Of a DNA stretch of 64,000 bases, positions 8,845-18,562 are shown piece after piece (the stretch's first letter is position 1; each line of letters starts with the position of its first letter). The stretch lies in the IMG/VR virus record IMGVR_UViG_3300044641_006743, one strand, 5' to 3'. The notes under the pieces are model-generated. The model saw nothing but the letters and a program-made list of their open reading frames with translations, had not been told where the DNA came from and ran no database searches. This DNA is from an uncultured virus (IMG/VR IMGVR_UViG_3300044641_006743). Taxonomy: Duplodnaviria; Heunggongvirae; Uroviricota; Caudoviricetes. A program made the translations under genes and the position numbers.

Positions 8845-11468
8845 AGTTCGTTTGCTACCTCTTCCATTGTCGCATTGGATGCCTTATCAATTACATCCCC
8901 ATAGAACGTCCGCCATTCTTCTTTGTTCAAACCCACTTCAACCAGGGATGGATACTGTTCATACTTCGGGCTGGATGCCCGCAGTGCGATGTTGACCACA
9001 CGCATGCCACGACTGTTTTTGAACTGATAGACATTCAGCTTCAGCTGGTGAACACACACGTCCATCAACAGGGATTCAAAACGGCTGCGACCCAGGATGT
9101 TGCTGTTGGAGCCACGGGAAAACTCACAGTAGCTGGCGTATAACCACTTATCCCAGTTGATGTATAGGTTTGAGACACCACCAGGTGCGTGTTTAGCCAG
9201 ACCCACCGGAGATGAAATACCTGGATCAAAGACAACACAGTGTTGCATCCAATCCAAGATCTGGTTGGATTTCAGGATCTGCTCTTTGTGATGCTTGGCA
9301 AAGAAGTCAACCTTCTCGTTGGTTTCCATCAGGTATTCCCGCATCTCAGCTTCCGTCATATCTAAGACCCAGTTCACAAGTCCTGGCAACAGAGCAGCAA
9401 ATTCACCGAAGGGACGACCGTGATCATCCATATCAATGAGAGTGCGTTGCTCAGCGGAGCTACCGGTGAACGGTTTATCGAATGGAATGGTGAGACGACG
9501 ACGTGCCAAACCAGAAGTCGGGTCGGTGGTTTGGATGGGTTCGTTGGCCGTGATCATGACCAGGCCATTGAACTTAAACGGTTTCTGGCTACCGGCTTGG
9601 AACTTGCGTTCATTACGGATCAGGTCACGACCGGTGATTGCTTTTAGCACCGAGACCGAACCACCATAACGTTCCACATCATTAAAGAGCAGAAGTTTTT
9701 TCTTATAGAGGTTGGCGGTTTCAAATCGGTTCTTTTCCAGATGCTCCAACGAGGAGATCATGGCATTGTCATCACCCACCAGCGCATGGGCAAGGTTGCT
9801 GTAGGTGGATTTACCAGATTTACCAGGGCCAACAATCTCAACGAACTTCTGGATATCAGAGTGGCTTAGCAGTACTGCCCGCAACCAAGCCCTCAACACC
9901 TGGACCCTCCCCCAGCTGTCATTCTGTGTGGACTTCAGCCATTTGATGATGGGCTCACAGTTTGCATACGGATCATATTCGTACGGAAGTTGCTGGGTAA
10001 TGTGCAGCTCCCGATTGAATGGCATCAACTCCCTGGTCTCAACATTCAAGATGCCGTTGGTAAACAACAGGTATTCATTACCTTCATACCAATCATCAAA
10101 AATAGTTGAAATCCTCAATTGCTCCATTAAGTCGGAGATGAGATTCATGGAGTAACCACTGTGCAGCAAGCCGTCCTTGATGGAATCCAGACGTCCTTTG
10201 ATGTCGCCCTTGACTTCGTATTCCGATAGTTGCGACCACAGCCCCTTGCGTTGATATTGATACATGAAGAATGCGCCATGCGATTGGCTGTAGCGCAGAT
10301 TCCCCTGGTAATCCTGCAGCAAGATTCCAGCAATGACATCAGAGGATGGATTGCGTGTTTTTTGTTCTTTGCCGTTACGACCCCTTGCCGCCTTAACTTT
10401 CCATCCGCCTTGAATTACAGGCTGCTCTTCAGTATCCGCACTTTCTACGGAAGTCAAACCCAAGTCTTCTTCTAATTCTGTTAATAGTTTTGCAACGTGA
10501 TCGAGCATGGCATCATCTACATTCATTGATTTGTGGTTTTGAGAAGGTTCCCAACCGTTCTCCTTGGCGACATGGACGAGGGAGCCGATGCCACGGCCAC
10601 CACCTTTGGAGAAGGAACGCCAGCGCCTGTGGCATTCACCTTCTTGGTATTTATCCGACTGACGTGACCATTCATCCCATTGATCGAGCAGTGATTCATC
10701 CAAGGAATGGAGCGATTGCCCGACCATGATCCAGATGTCGTAATCATCTGTTGCTTCTGGTGGCATACCCCACATTGCCTCCAGTGCCAACTGCATATCC
10801 CTTTCCAAGGAGACTTCAGCGTTGATGGCAAAGGATGGGCCGATGATGCGGGTGGTTTCCTTGGCGGGAACACCCTGTTTGACATTCTTTTGAATGATGG
10901 CATTCAGCAGCCAATCCGGAAACTCAGGCAGTTCCTGGATCCACTCAAACCCCTGGTCAGAAGCCGTGAAGTATCCTTCCGTTTCTGGATGGAGTCCCAT
11001 CAGCACCCCTTGGTGCCGCTTCCAGAGGATTTCTAGTTTTTCCTTTTCTCCTTCCGCGTGCCAGGTGTATTTATTACGAACGAGATGTTTGTGTTGATCG
11101 CGGGAAAGGCGATACAATTTCCGCTCTCGACCCTCTTTACCACTAAGGATGGTCAGCGTGTCCGGCAGTGCCTCATCAAACGGTAGTTCCGACAGCGACT
11201 CAATGAGTGCGTAGACGGTTGGTCCATCGACATCAACCCAGATCAAACCATAGGGGTGGTTGTAGACCGGGCCACCAAGCAGGCCAACTGCTTTGCAGCG
11301 ACCCGACAACATTTCATTTTCTATCTCTTGCGGACTAAGTGGTTTATTTTGCCATCCGGCAATGTATGGATCTTTGTTTGGACCCAGAGGAGTCAGGGGC
11401 CAATCGATGGGGATGTAGTCGAGCCGAATTTCACCGGGCTTGAGAGCTTGCTGGTTGGTATTGGTCAT
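8841..11468 (-). CDS. Primase-helicase (Prim-Pol N-terminus, PriCT-2, D5-like SF3 helicase)
   Basis: WVDVDG primase motif; DYDIWIMVGQSLH..WDEWS..W.SF (PriCT-2); GPGKSGKST Walker A; ITAN motif C; RRRLTIPF. Confidence 0.9.
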   Translation of the reverse strand: MTNTNQQALKPGEIRLDYIPIDWPLTPLGPNKDPYIAGWQNKPLSPQEIENEMLSGRCKAVGLLGGPVYNHPYGLIWVDVDGPTVYALIESLSELPFDEALPDTLTILSGKEGRERKLYRLSRDQHKHLVRNKYTWHAEGEKEKLEILWKRHQGVLMGLHPETEGYFTASDQGFEWIQELPEFPDWLLNAIIQKNVKQGVPAKETTRIIGPSFAINAEVSLERDMQLALEAMWGMPPEATDDYDIWIMVGQSLHSLDESLLDQWDEWSRQSDKYQEGECHRRWRSFSKGGGRGIGSLVHVAKENGWEPSQNHKSMNVDDAMLDHVAKLLTELEEDLGLTSVESADTEEQPVIQGGWKVKAARGRNGKEQKTRNPSSDVIAGILLQDYQGNLRYSQSHGAFFMYQYQRKGLWSQLSEYEVKGDIKGRLDSIKDGLLHSGYSMNLISDLMEQLRISTIFDDWYEGNEYLLFTNGILNVETRELMPFNRELHITQQLPYEYDPYANCEPIIKWLKSTQNDSWGRVQVLRAWLRAVLLSHSDIQKFVEIVGPGKSGKSTYSNLAHALVGDDNAMISSLEHLEKNRFETANLYKKKLLLFNDVERYGGSVSVLKAITGRDLIRNERKFQAGSQKPFKFNGLVMITANEPIQTTDPTSGLARRRLTIPFDKPFTGSSAEQRTLIDMDDHGRPFGEFAALLPGLVNWVLDMTEAEMREYLMETNEKVDFFAKHHKEQILKSNQILDWMQHCVVFDPGISSPVGLAKHAPGGVSNLYINWDKWLYASYCEFSRGSNSNILGRSRFESLLMDVCVHQLKLNVYQFKNSRGMRVVNIALRASSPKYEQYPSLVEVGLNKEEWRTFYGDVIDKASNATMEEVANEL

Positions 11469-11650
11469 GCCTGGTTGCTCGGTCGAACTTCTACTTTAAA
11501 GTTTTTATCCGCAAAACTCGCCTCTTTCAATAGCCAAAAAGCGTGAAGATGCATGTCAGTGGGAAGCAGAAAACAGTCCCCATCCGCCGCACTCATCATG
11601 CGACTCATGAGGCTACTTATCCACTCACCTGTACAGACGTTGATGTCCAT
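11465..11650 (-). CDS. Hypothetical protein
   Basis: 61-aa ORF whose stop overlaps the primase start (ATGA). Confidence 0.55.
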   Translation of the reverse strand: MDINVCTGEWISSLMSRMMSAADGDCFLLPTDMHLHAFWLLKEASFADKNFKVEVRPSNQA

Positions 11651-11755
11651 GGTGAGGGCTTGACTTGTCGGTCTCTTTATCCTACGGCGACCAATCCAGA
11701 CGATCCATTACGAGTTTCTGGAAATTAGTAAGTCTCATTAGACTTATCCAGAGGA

Positions 11756-12124
11756 TCAATCTTTTCGAATTGTTTCATTAGCCTCTGATACACCAGCAGA
11801 GCATCCTCTTTTGTTACCACAGCTGTCTGGCAGGCCACATCCCAGGCATGCCGCTTCCGATTCTCTAGTTTGCTCATCTTTGTACCAAGGTGCTGTCAGT
11901 TGAATGGCTCCACCCAGTTTTTGCGATTCACCTGTTTGGAGCACCGGATCAATCGGATGCTCTGTGTAGATTGGCTTGTTTTGTTTTTCAAGCTCAATCT
12001 CCGCCTGGATCAGATTATCCAACTCGATCATATCAAGCCTGGCCTTTAGTTTTGCCTCAAACCAAATACGTTTCCACCATTTAATTAAGGCATCAATGAT
12101 ATCTTTAAATAATGAAGAGAACAT
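11756..12124 (-). CDS. Hypothetical protein
   Basis: 122-aa ATG ORF. Confidence 0.5.
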   Translation of the reverse strand: MFSSLFKDIIDALIKWWKRIWFEAKLKARLDMIELDNLIQAEIELEKQNKPIYTEHPIDPVLQTGESQKLGGAIQLTAPWYKDEQTRESEAACLGCGLPDSCGNKRGCSAGVSEANETIRKD

Positions 12125-12176
12125 AGCCTTGCTTCGATATAATTATTTTATACATTTAGTCTTGAAGTTACACTAA

Positions 12177-12605
12177 ATGAAATCGCGTCCAAACCCTGCC
12201 CGAGCAGATGGAAATCGACCAGTTGCTAAAGCCGCACCCAAGGCCCAAGCTCCAAAGCAAGCTAATCGTGCCGCAAAGCCAGCACCCAAAGCTCAAGCAG
12301 CAGCACCTGCCCAAAAATCCGTTGCCCCTGGAACTAACAGGCCGACTAAACAGGCACCTGCAAAGACGGCGTCAAAAGCAGCTCCTTCTCCCCGTCAAAA
12401 ACCAGCCTCTCGGAAGCCTGCTGTAACTCCTCGTCAAGCAAAACGACCAGTTGCACCGACTGCTCCAGCCCCACAAACCGCTGGCCCAACTCCCAGGCCG
12501 ACTCCAGCGCCAACACCTGGCTTTAATCCTGGCATTGGTTTAGGTACAACCCCAAATATTGGTATTGCCGGTAACCCTGGTTACCCAGGTCGGCTTTTTA
12601 TGTGA
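12177..12605 (+). CDS. Basic Ala/Pro/Lys-rich low-complexity protein
   Basis: AKPAPKAQ-type repeats, histone H1-like composition. Confidence 0.6.
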   Translation: MKSRPNPARADGNRPVAKAAPKAQAPKQANRAAKPAPKAQAAAPAQKSVAPGTNRPTKQAPAKTASKAAPSPRQKPASRKPAVTPRQAKRPVAPTAPAPQTAGPTPRPTPAPTPGFNPGIGLGTTPNIGIAGNPGYPGRLFM

Positions 12606-12608
12606 TTT

Positions 12609-13445
12609 TTAAATAAGATCAGGATCGTAGACATTACAATTTTCAATTTGAGAATAGTATTCAGCTACGATCTTGCACCAATCTTCTCGCAACGAATCTA
12701 GGAATCGCCTGGAGATCTTAAAAACTTGAGTACGAACAGGCGTCGATACTAAGATTGCCGCCTGTTGTACTTTCATGCCAAGGGTCTGTTCGATAGCTAT
12801 ATCGTAAGCAGCGAGTTGTTTGCAGGTCTTTTTAAATTTCATGTGACCCCCCAAAAGATCTCGCCATTCAGGCGATCCTTTTTCCAGATCTTTGGGCCAT
12901 TTGCGACTATAAGGTTTAACGCTGGTCTTTAAGTCCGCCAGCGTTAGTTTGTTATTGGCAACAGCAATAATATCAGGAGCACCAGCCCAAGCACGCCCTT
13001 CGTCATCGCAACCCCAGACGCGAGCAACGTCATCAGCGCCAATAGTAAAATCAAATTTATCCAGAACAGGGGACTCTGCCCAGAGAACTTCCTGGAACTG
13101 ATCCAAGATCTTTGGCATCCCCGCCCAAAAGTCCGCATATTCTTCTTTGATTTCTGGATTTTTATTTCCTTTAAGGTACTGTTCCATTCCATAGTGGATG
13201 GCCGTACCGCGTTCTGCTGCAGCTTCTTTGACACCTGGATTATTTTTCGACCACATTTCAAGCTTCCGTTTATTTGCTTCGGAAGCTGTTTCGCTGATGA
13301 TTGTGGTTACGGACGGTGCAGGTCCAGTTGGTAACGGCGTAACGTAATGCCTACGACCGTTTAGTGCTATCCTGGCAGGACCTTTATTCAAATCTACAAG
13401 CTTTTCCTGCCATGTCTTGCGAGAATCTTCCCAGATGCAGGTCAT
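12609..13445 (-). CDS. PD-(D/E)XK exonuclease
   Basis: RHY..PSVTTII, AAERGTAIH, AGAPD, LADLKTS and QLAAY motifs; ATG 13445 is the likely start. Confidence 0.85.
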   Translation of the reverse strand: MTCIWEDSRKTWQEKLVDLNKGPARIALNGRRHYVTPLPTGPAPSVTTIISETASEANKRKLEMWSKNNPGVKEAAAERGTAIHYGMEQYLKGNKNPEIKEEYADFWAGMPKILDQFQEVLWAESPVLDKFDFTIGADDVARVWGCDDEGRAWAGAPDIIAVANNKLTLADLKTSVKPYSRKWPKDLEKGSPEWRDLLGGHMKFKKTCKQLAAYDIAIEQTLGMKVQQAAILVSTPVRTQVFKISRRFLDSLREDWCKIVAEYYSQIENCNVYDPDLI

Positions 13446-13479
13446 ACAGGCCTGATATATTGTTTTTATTTTAGCGAAT

Positions 13480-14013
13480 ATGAAAGCCAAAAAACAATTA
13501 ATGAGCTACGAAGAGGCTTGTTTTTATTTTTACGAGTGCACCACTTCCCCAAGTGGCCTGCGCTGGAAAAATTCAACAGGAGTTAAGAACAGGAATGGTT
13601 CTGTAGCAGGTTCTTTAAAACCGCACGGCTACTGGGTTGTTAGGTGTTTAAGAAAAGATTACTATGTACATAGGCTTATTTATTTGCTAAGAACAAAAGA
13701 GGATCCCGTCAATCATGAAATAGATCATTCAATTAATGATGGCAGCAAAGATAATAAAAAATTATTACGAAAGGCAACCAGATCTGAAAATGCTGCAAAT
13801 GGTAAAAAGAAACAATACAAAAAAGAACCGCAAAGCAAATGGAAAGGTGTTTTTAAAAAGCGTACAAAATGGGCAGCGCAGGGCTGGAAACACAATAAAA
13901 AATATCATTTAGGTCATTTTGACACCGAAAAAGAAGCGGCATTGGCGTACAACAAGTTTGCATTAGAGGCGTTTGGTGAATATGCTGTACTGAATGCTAT
14001 TGAAGATGATTGA
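13480..14013 (+). CDS. HNH-AP2 homing endonuclease
   Basis: PSGLRW..AGS..GYW..YVHRLIY..IDH..LRKATRSEN; AP2 tail SKWKGV..KWAA..HLGHFDTEKEAALAYN..FGEYA. Confidence 0.88.
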   Translation: MKAKKQLMSYEEACFYFYECTTSPSGLRWKNSTGVKNRNGSVAGSLKPHGYWVVRCLRKDYYVHRLIYLLRTKEDPVNHEIDHSINDGSKDNKKLLRKATRSENAANGKKKQYKKEPQSKWKGVFKKRTKWAAQGWKHNKKYHLGHFDTEKEAALAYNKFALEAFGEYAVLNAIEDD

Positions 14014-14195
14014 ATTTGGGCGCATTGTTCTGACACTTCTGTCAGCTATGCTGATTACAGCACTGATTGAGCTGGTCCCCCATTGGATCCGTTAACCAAA
14101 ACACGGCTTTTTATCCAGGGTTGGTGGTCCTGCATGAGTGTGTTGATGCAGATTCTGTGGAATTGCATTAAGGTGAACTGGTTTTGGGTCCTGGC

Positions 14196-14378
14196 ATGGT
14201 GTGTAACATTAGCCGTTTTTATTACTGTGATCCTGACATTGACGTAAAAACGTTCATTCGCCTGGAAGAGAACAGCAGAAACGGTGTCGCCTTTGACGAT
14301 ATTGAAACTGTAGAGGCGGATGCTTTTGAGGCAAAGCTCCTGGAAGAACAGGAGCCTTACCTGCGTGTTGACCTTTAG
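14196..14378 (+). CDS. Hypothetical protein
   Basis: Acidic ~60-aa ORF convergent on gmd. Confidence 0.5.
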   Translation: MVCNISRFYYCDPDIDVKTFIRLEENSRNGVAFDDIETVEADAFEAKLLEEQEPYLRVDL

Positions 14379-15403
14379 ACGGTTGCCAGATCGTAGGTGA
14401 TCATCTCTTTGACCATGTCTTCAAAGGAGATGTGAGGCTCCCAACCCAACTCCCCATAAGCCTTGGTGCAATCACCCAAGAGGGTATCGACTTCAGCCGG
14501 ACGATAGAACTGTGGGTTAATACTGATAATCGTTTTATCTAGCGTCTTACTAAAACCAGTTTCCTCAACGCCTTCACCACGCCATTCCAATCCAAGGTTT
14601 AGATAGTCCGCAGCAATCTCACAGAATTGCCGAACGCTATGCTGCATGCCCGTTGCGATCACATAATCCTTAGGCGTTTCTTGCTGCAGGATTAGGCGCA
14701 TGGCATCCACATAGTCTTTGGCGTGGCCCCAGTCTCGTTTGGCCTCTAGATTTCCCAACTCAAGCACCGGGATTTTGTGGCGCATGACACCAACTAATCC
14801 CTTGGTGATCTTCTTAGTTACAAAATTATCACCCCGGATTGGGCTCTCATGGTTAAAGAGGATCCCGTTGGCGGCAAACAGGTCGTAGCTCTCGCGATAA
14901 TTGACGGTCAACCAATAGCCAAATAGTTTGGCCACCCCATACGGACTCCTGGGATAGAAACCCGTCTCTTCATTTTGAGGAAACGACTGCACCTTCCCGA
15001 ACATCTCGGAGGTTGACGCCTGATAAAACTTCGGCGACTTGGTTACAGCACGACATGCCTCTAAGACATTCATCACACCGATTGCGTTAGCCGATGCAGT
15101 ACTAACGGGAGACTTAAAGCTGACGCCAACATGGCTTTGGGCAGCCAAATTGTATACCTCATCAGGAGCAAAGTCCTGAATAACCCTGGTCAAAGAAGGC
15201 GCATCAGTTAGATCCGAATATTCAACCGTCACATCCCTGGGGATTTGCCCACCAAAAACCCATTTAATTTTTTCAAGATGGTTGGGTTGGGTGTGGTTTC
15301 TTACGACGCCACAAACTTTGTAGCCATTATCGATCAGGTTACGCGCCAGATAGGAACCATCTTGGCCAGTGATTCCAGTGATCAGTGCTCTTTTCATTTG
15401 CAA
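14375..15403 (-). CDS. gmd: GDP-mannose 4,6-dehydratase
   Basis: ALITGITGQDGSYL, YNLAAQSHV, FYQASTSEMFG, PRSPYGVAK, GILFNHESP, RDWGHAKDYV. Confidence 0.95.
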   Translation of the reverse strand: MQMKRALITGITGQDGSYLARNLIDNGYKVCGVVRNHTQPNHLEKIKWVFGGQIPRDVTVEYSDLTDAPSLTRVIQDFAPDEVYNLAAQSHVGVSFKSPVSTASANAIGVMNVLEACRAVTKSPKFYQASTSEMFGKVQSFPQNEETGFYPRSPYGVAKLFGYWLTVNYRESYDLFAANGILFNHESPIRGDNFVTKKITKGLVGVMRHKIPVLELGNLEAKRDWGHAKDYVDAMRLILQQETPKDYVIATGMQHSVRQFCEIAADYLNLGLEWRGEGVEETGFSKTLDKTIISINPQFYRPAEVDTLLGDCTKAYGELGWEPHISFEDMVKEMITYDLATV

Positions 15404-15447
15404 TATCTGCGTGGTTAAAGTATAACCATTAAAAAGATCACTGAGTC

Positions 15448-16632
15448 ATGTCGCATACGGCGGTATTTGATTGGCCCCTCCAGAAAAATACGATTGGCTG
15501 GAAGGAGCGCCTGGCACTGACAAAATTTATTCTTACCTCTGATCGATTCACCAACGGTCCTGAGTGCCGTCAATTCGAAGAAGAATGGAGCCAATGGCAA
15601 GGCGTACCACATTCTCTGTATGTAGCCAACGGATCCGTTGCCAACTTCCTATTGCTTGATGCAGTACATGAATACTACTTCCCAGAGAAGGAGCAGCTGA
15701 TCATCTTTGCGCCAGCCATTAACTGGGCAACCAATATTTCAACTTTTTGTCAGCAGCACCATAACGTTTATTTCTACGACATCGATTACGAGACCTACAG
15801 TCCCACCGTTGAATCGGCCAATCAACTCTCTGCCAAAGGCCTGGAGCCAGACGTTGTTTACTTGACGCACGTTCTTGGTATTTCCAATGACATGCAGAGG
15901 GTTAAGGAACTATGGCCCAATGCAATGATCATCGAAGATTGTTGTGAATCCCATGGCTCTTGTGACATCAATAGCGGAGTCAAAGTCGGTACCACAGGCG
16001 TTGGCTCAACCTTTTCTTTCTACTTTGGTCACCACATGACAACCGTTGAAGGTGGCATGGTGTGTGTTAAGAATGAAGGGCTCTACAACCTATTGCGTGC
16101 CAAGCGATCTCACGGTTTATCACGGGAGATGATCCCGTCCTACCGAATCAAGCTTCAAGATCGATACCCCGATGTTGATCCAACCTTCCTGTTCCCAACT
16201 AAGGGATACAACTTCCGCAACGTAGAAACTGGCGCTGTCCTGGGACGCATTCAGCTGAAAAAGCTCGATACCTGGAACGAGCAGCGTGCCAAGAACTATG
16301 CGTTGTTCCGCAAGGAAATGTTAAAGCGTCCTTGGTTTGAAACCCTACCGAAGGCAAAGGGCAACAGTGCCATGACCCTACCGTTTCATTGCACAGATGA
16401 GAAGATTGCCATTGAAGTCAAGAAGTTTCTCCAGCTGATTGGTATTGAGACGCGCCCCTTCTTGGTTGGCAATCTCCTCCGGCAGCCCTTCATGGAGGAC
16501 TATGAATCTGTCATTCCTCTTCCCAATAGTGAACGGATGCATACCCATTCCTTCTACATTGGCAACAACCACTTTATCAAAGAGGCTGATATCAAGAATC
16601 TTTCCAAGGTGCTTGACAAATGCGGATACTGA
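15448..16632 (+). CDS. DegT-family PLP enzyme, ColD-like GDP-4-keto-6-deoxymannose 3-dehydratase
   Basis: NGSVAN, IIEDCCESHG, STFSFYFGHHMTTVEGGM (His at the usual Schiff-base Lys position), GYNFR, IETRP. Confidence 0.8.
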   Translation: MSHTAVFDWPLQKNTIGWKERLALTKFILTSDRFTNGPECRQFEEEWSQWQGVPHSLYVANGSVANFLLLDAVHEYYFPEKEQLIIFAPAINWATNISTFCQQHHNVYFYDIDYETYSPTVESANQLSAKGLEPDVVYLTHVLGISNDMQRVKELWPNAMIIEDCCESHGSCDINSGVKVGTTGVGSTFSFYFGHHMTTVEGGMVCVKNEGLYNLLRAKRSHGLSREMIPSYRIKLQDRYPDVDPTFLFPTKGYNFRNVETGAVLGRIQLKKLDTWNEQRAKNYALFRKEMLKRPWFETLPKAKGNSAMTLPFHCTDEKIAIEVKKFLQLIGIETRPFLVGNLLRQPFMEDYESVIPLPNSERMHTHSFYIGNNHFIKEADIKNLSKVLDKCGY

Positions 16633-17357
16633 TTTGCAGCATTGTCCGAAACAGGGAGCCGTTCCTGTTTGGATGGAAGGATCAAATCTTATGCCTTAAG
16701 GACGAGAATCCAGGTATTACGTTTGATCTTTCCGTCTTTGAGAATGACTCAATCGATGGAACGGTTGAGTACCTGCAAGAAGTTGCGCCCGAACTTAAAG
16801 AGGAATTGAACGAGGTTTGGATTCAAACGTGCAAAAAGGATTGGCCTTACTTCGGTTCGATTCGAGCCGAGGATCGGGTGAAGTACCTGGCCATGGCACG
16901 CAACGAATGCCTGGAAAAAGCTGAGCAAGAAGTTGGTCTTCAGTATTACAACAAGGTTGTTTTTATTGAACCCGACGTTGACTACGACCCGGAGCAAGTT
17001 AGTCAACTTTTTTGGGTGGATGACGATATCGCATCGCCCTATAGCGTGCACCCTATTAATGTCCAGAGTCACCGTTGGATTTATGACAGCTGGGCAACTC
17101 GCATCAACCCAGAGGATGACATCTTTAAAGGCCCCCGCATCTTTGAGATGCCGCCCCGCCTTGACGTAGCATCAACCTTTAATTGTTTCTGCGTGTACCG
17201 CGCTAAACCATTTGCGGAGGGTGCACGGTTCTCCGGCCTTAACCCATTCACCAATTCCTGGGACTGCGATACCACAAATATCTGCTATGAGTTTGTAGAG
17301 CGCGGTTATGACAAGATTGGGCTTTACAATATTCTTCTAACCCACTTAGGAAACTAA
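16620..17357 (+). CDS. GT-A fold glycosyltransferase-like protein
   Basis: ICSIVRN, FENDSIDGT, LAMARN, IEPDVD, YDSWA and STFNCFCVY motifs. Confidence 0.7.
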   Translation: MRILICSIVRNREPFLFGWKDQILCLKDENPGITFDLSVFENDSIDGTVEYLQEVAPELKEELNEVWIQTCKKDWPYFGSIRAEDRVKYLAMARNECLEKAEQEVGLQYYNKVVFIEPDVDYDPEQVSQLFWVDDDIASPYSVHPINVQSHRWIYDSWATRINPEDDIFKGPRIFEMPPRLDVASTFNCFCVYRAKPFAEGARFSGLNPFTNSWDCDTTNICYEFVERGYDKIGLYNILLTHLGN

Positions 17358-17548
17358 GGCAAACCGTACTGTTTATTCAGGTTCTCCGTATTTGTAACCC
17401 ATGGAAAAAATGCCAGAATACATCCAAGCGATACAAGAGGGCCAAGCCCTAGTCGCAAACCACAACAAACTTTTGGAAAGTTTATTGCTATCAAAGCAGG
17501 CCCATGACAACAACATTTATACTGACGAAACAACCAACGGAATCGCAA

Positions 17549-17776
17549 ATGTCCCTTTCAACGCAGGTGAAGGAATCGGTAGCACAGGCGACGGCACACC
17601 TGCGTGATGCACTTGCGTTTGCCGCACGATCCGAACATCCCATCACGATCAGTTCATTGTCAGATCTTCTGATTCGTTGTGAATCACTAGAGCAAATGGA
17701 TGAGATCATGCAGAAGTTTGGCTCATCCTCCAGCCGATCAGGTAACTTACCTTCCCAAAACTTTGGCAAAGAGTGA
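17549..17776 (+). CDS. Hypothetical protein
   Basis: MSLSTQVKES..LRDALAFAARSEHP; resembles conserved cyanophage small proteins. Confidence 0.55.
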   Translation: MSLSTQVKESVAQATAHLRDALAFAARSEHPITISSLSDLLIRCESLEQMDEIMQKFGSSSSRSGNLPSQNFGKE

Positions 17777-17922
17777 GCGTTATCGCGTAACAGAGGAGGA
17801 CCGCCTCCTTCAATATTTTGCTCAGCTGGAGCGGTTGATACCCAACCCTCCGGCTAATTGGGCTGTGAATGCTAAGCCGTGCAAATGGAGTAAAATATTA
17901 AAAGAACGTGAGAATAATCCTG

Positions 17923-18207
17923 ATGGCACAGGATGATAGCAAGTACACGAAACCTGAGTTACGTGAGGGGATCAAAGATCGAATCATGGCAGGTGATCGT
18001 GGCGGCAAAAAAGGTCAATGGAGTGCTAGGAAAAGTCAACTGCTCGCACAAGAGTACAAGAAAGCTGGCGGTGGGTACAAAGGAGGTAAAGGTGAGAAGC
18101 AGAAGTCTTTGGAGAAGTGGGGCAAGGAGAAATGGATGACGAAAGATGAGTATGAAAAACGCGGCAAGGCTAAAGCTGCTGCCAAAAAATATAAAGAAAA
18201 CAAGTAA
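17923..18207 (+). CDS. Small basic protein (DUF5872-like)
   Basis: YTKPELRE..GGKKGQWSARKSQLLAQEYKKAGGGY..SLEKW..EKW. Confidence 0.7.
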   Translation: MAQDDSKYTKPELREGIKDRIMAGDRGGKKGQWSARKSQLLAQEYKKAGGGYKGGKGEKQKSLEKWGKEKWMTKDEYEKRGKAKAAAKKYKENK

Positions 18208-18231
18208 AAGTCAAGTATTAGGAATACTGTT

Positions 18232-18435
18232 ATGGCAGACAAAGCAATTCAAAAGGGATACACCAAGCGTTACCTACCAGAATCCGCCTGGGCCTCATTG
18301 TCCAAAGAGGAACGACAAGAAACGGATCAAAAGAAACGCCAGGCCAGCCGCGAAGGAAAACAGTTTGTACCAAACACCAGGAAGGCAAAGCTTGCCGGTC
18401 GTGCAGCCAGACGTTATCGCGATAGTAAATCGTGA
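18232..18435 (+). CDS. Small basic protein (partner of the preceding ORF)
   Basis: RYLPESAWASLS..TDQKKR..GKQFVPNT. Confidence 0.65.
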   Translation: MADKAIQKGYTKRYLPESAWASLSKEERQETDQKKRQASREGKQFVPNTRKAKLAGRAARRYRDSKS

Positions 18436-18447
18436 TATCCTGACAAA

Positions 18448-18562
18448 TGGAGCAATACCGCTCTAGGGGTAATAGTCGAAAACCCCTTCCACGTTACGAA
18501 CGTGGGGCTCAGCAGAGCGCGGAAGGAAGCTATGATCCCGGCATGATACACCGGGATTTTTT
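18448..18562 (+). ncRNA. Candidate structured RNA or leader ending in a terminator
   Basis: TGnTATCCT -10-like element; nested stems CGCTCT/AGAGCG, AGGGGT/ACCCCT and CCACGTT/AACGTGG; terminator ATCCCGG/CCGGGAT plus T-run. Confidence 0.45.
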
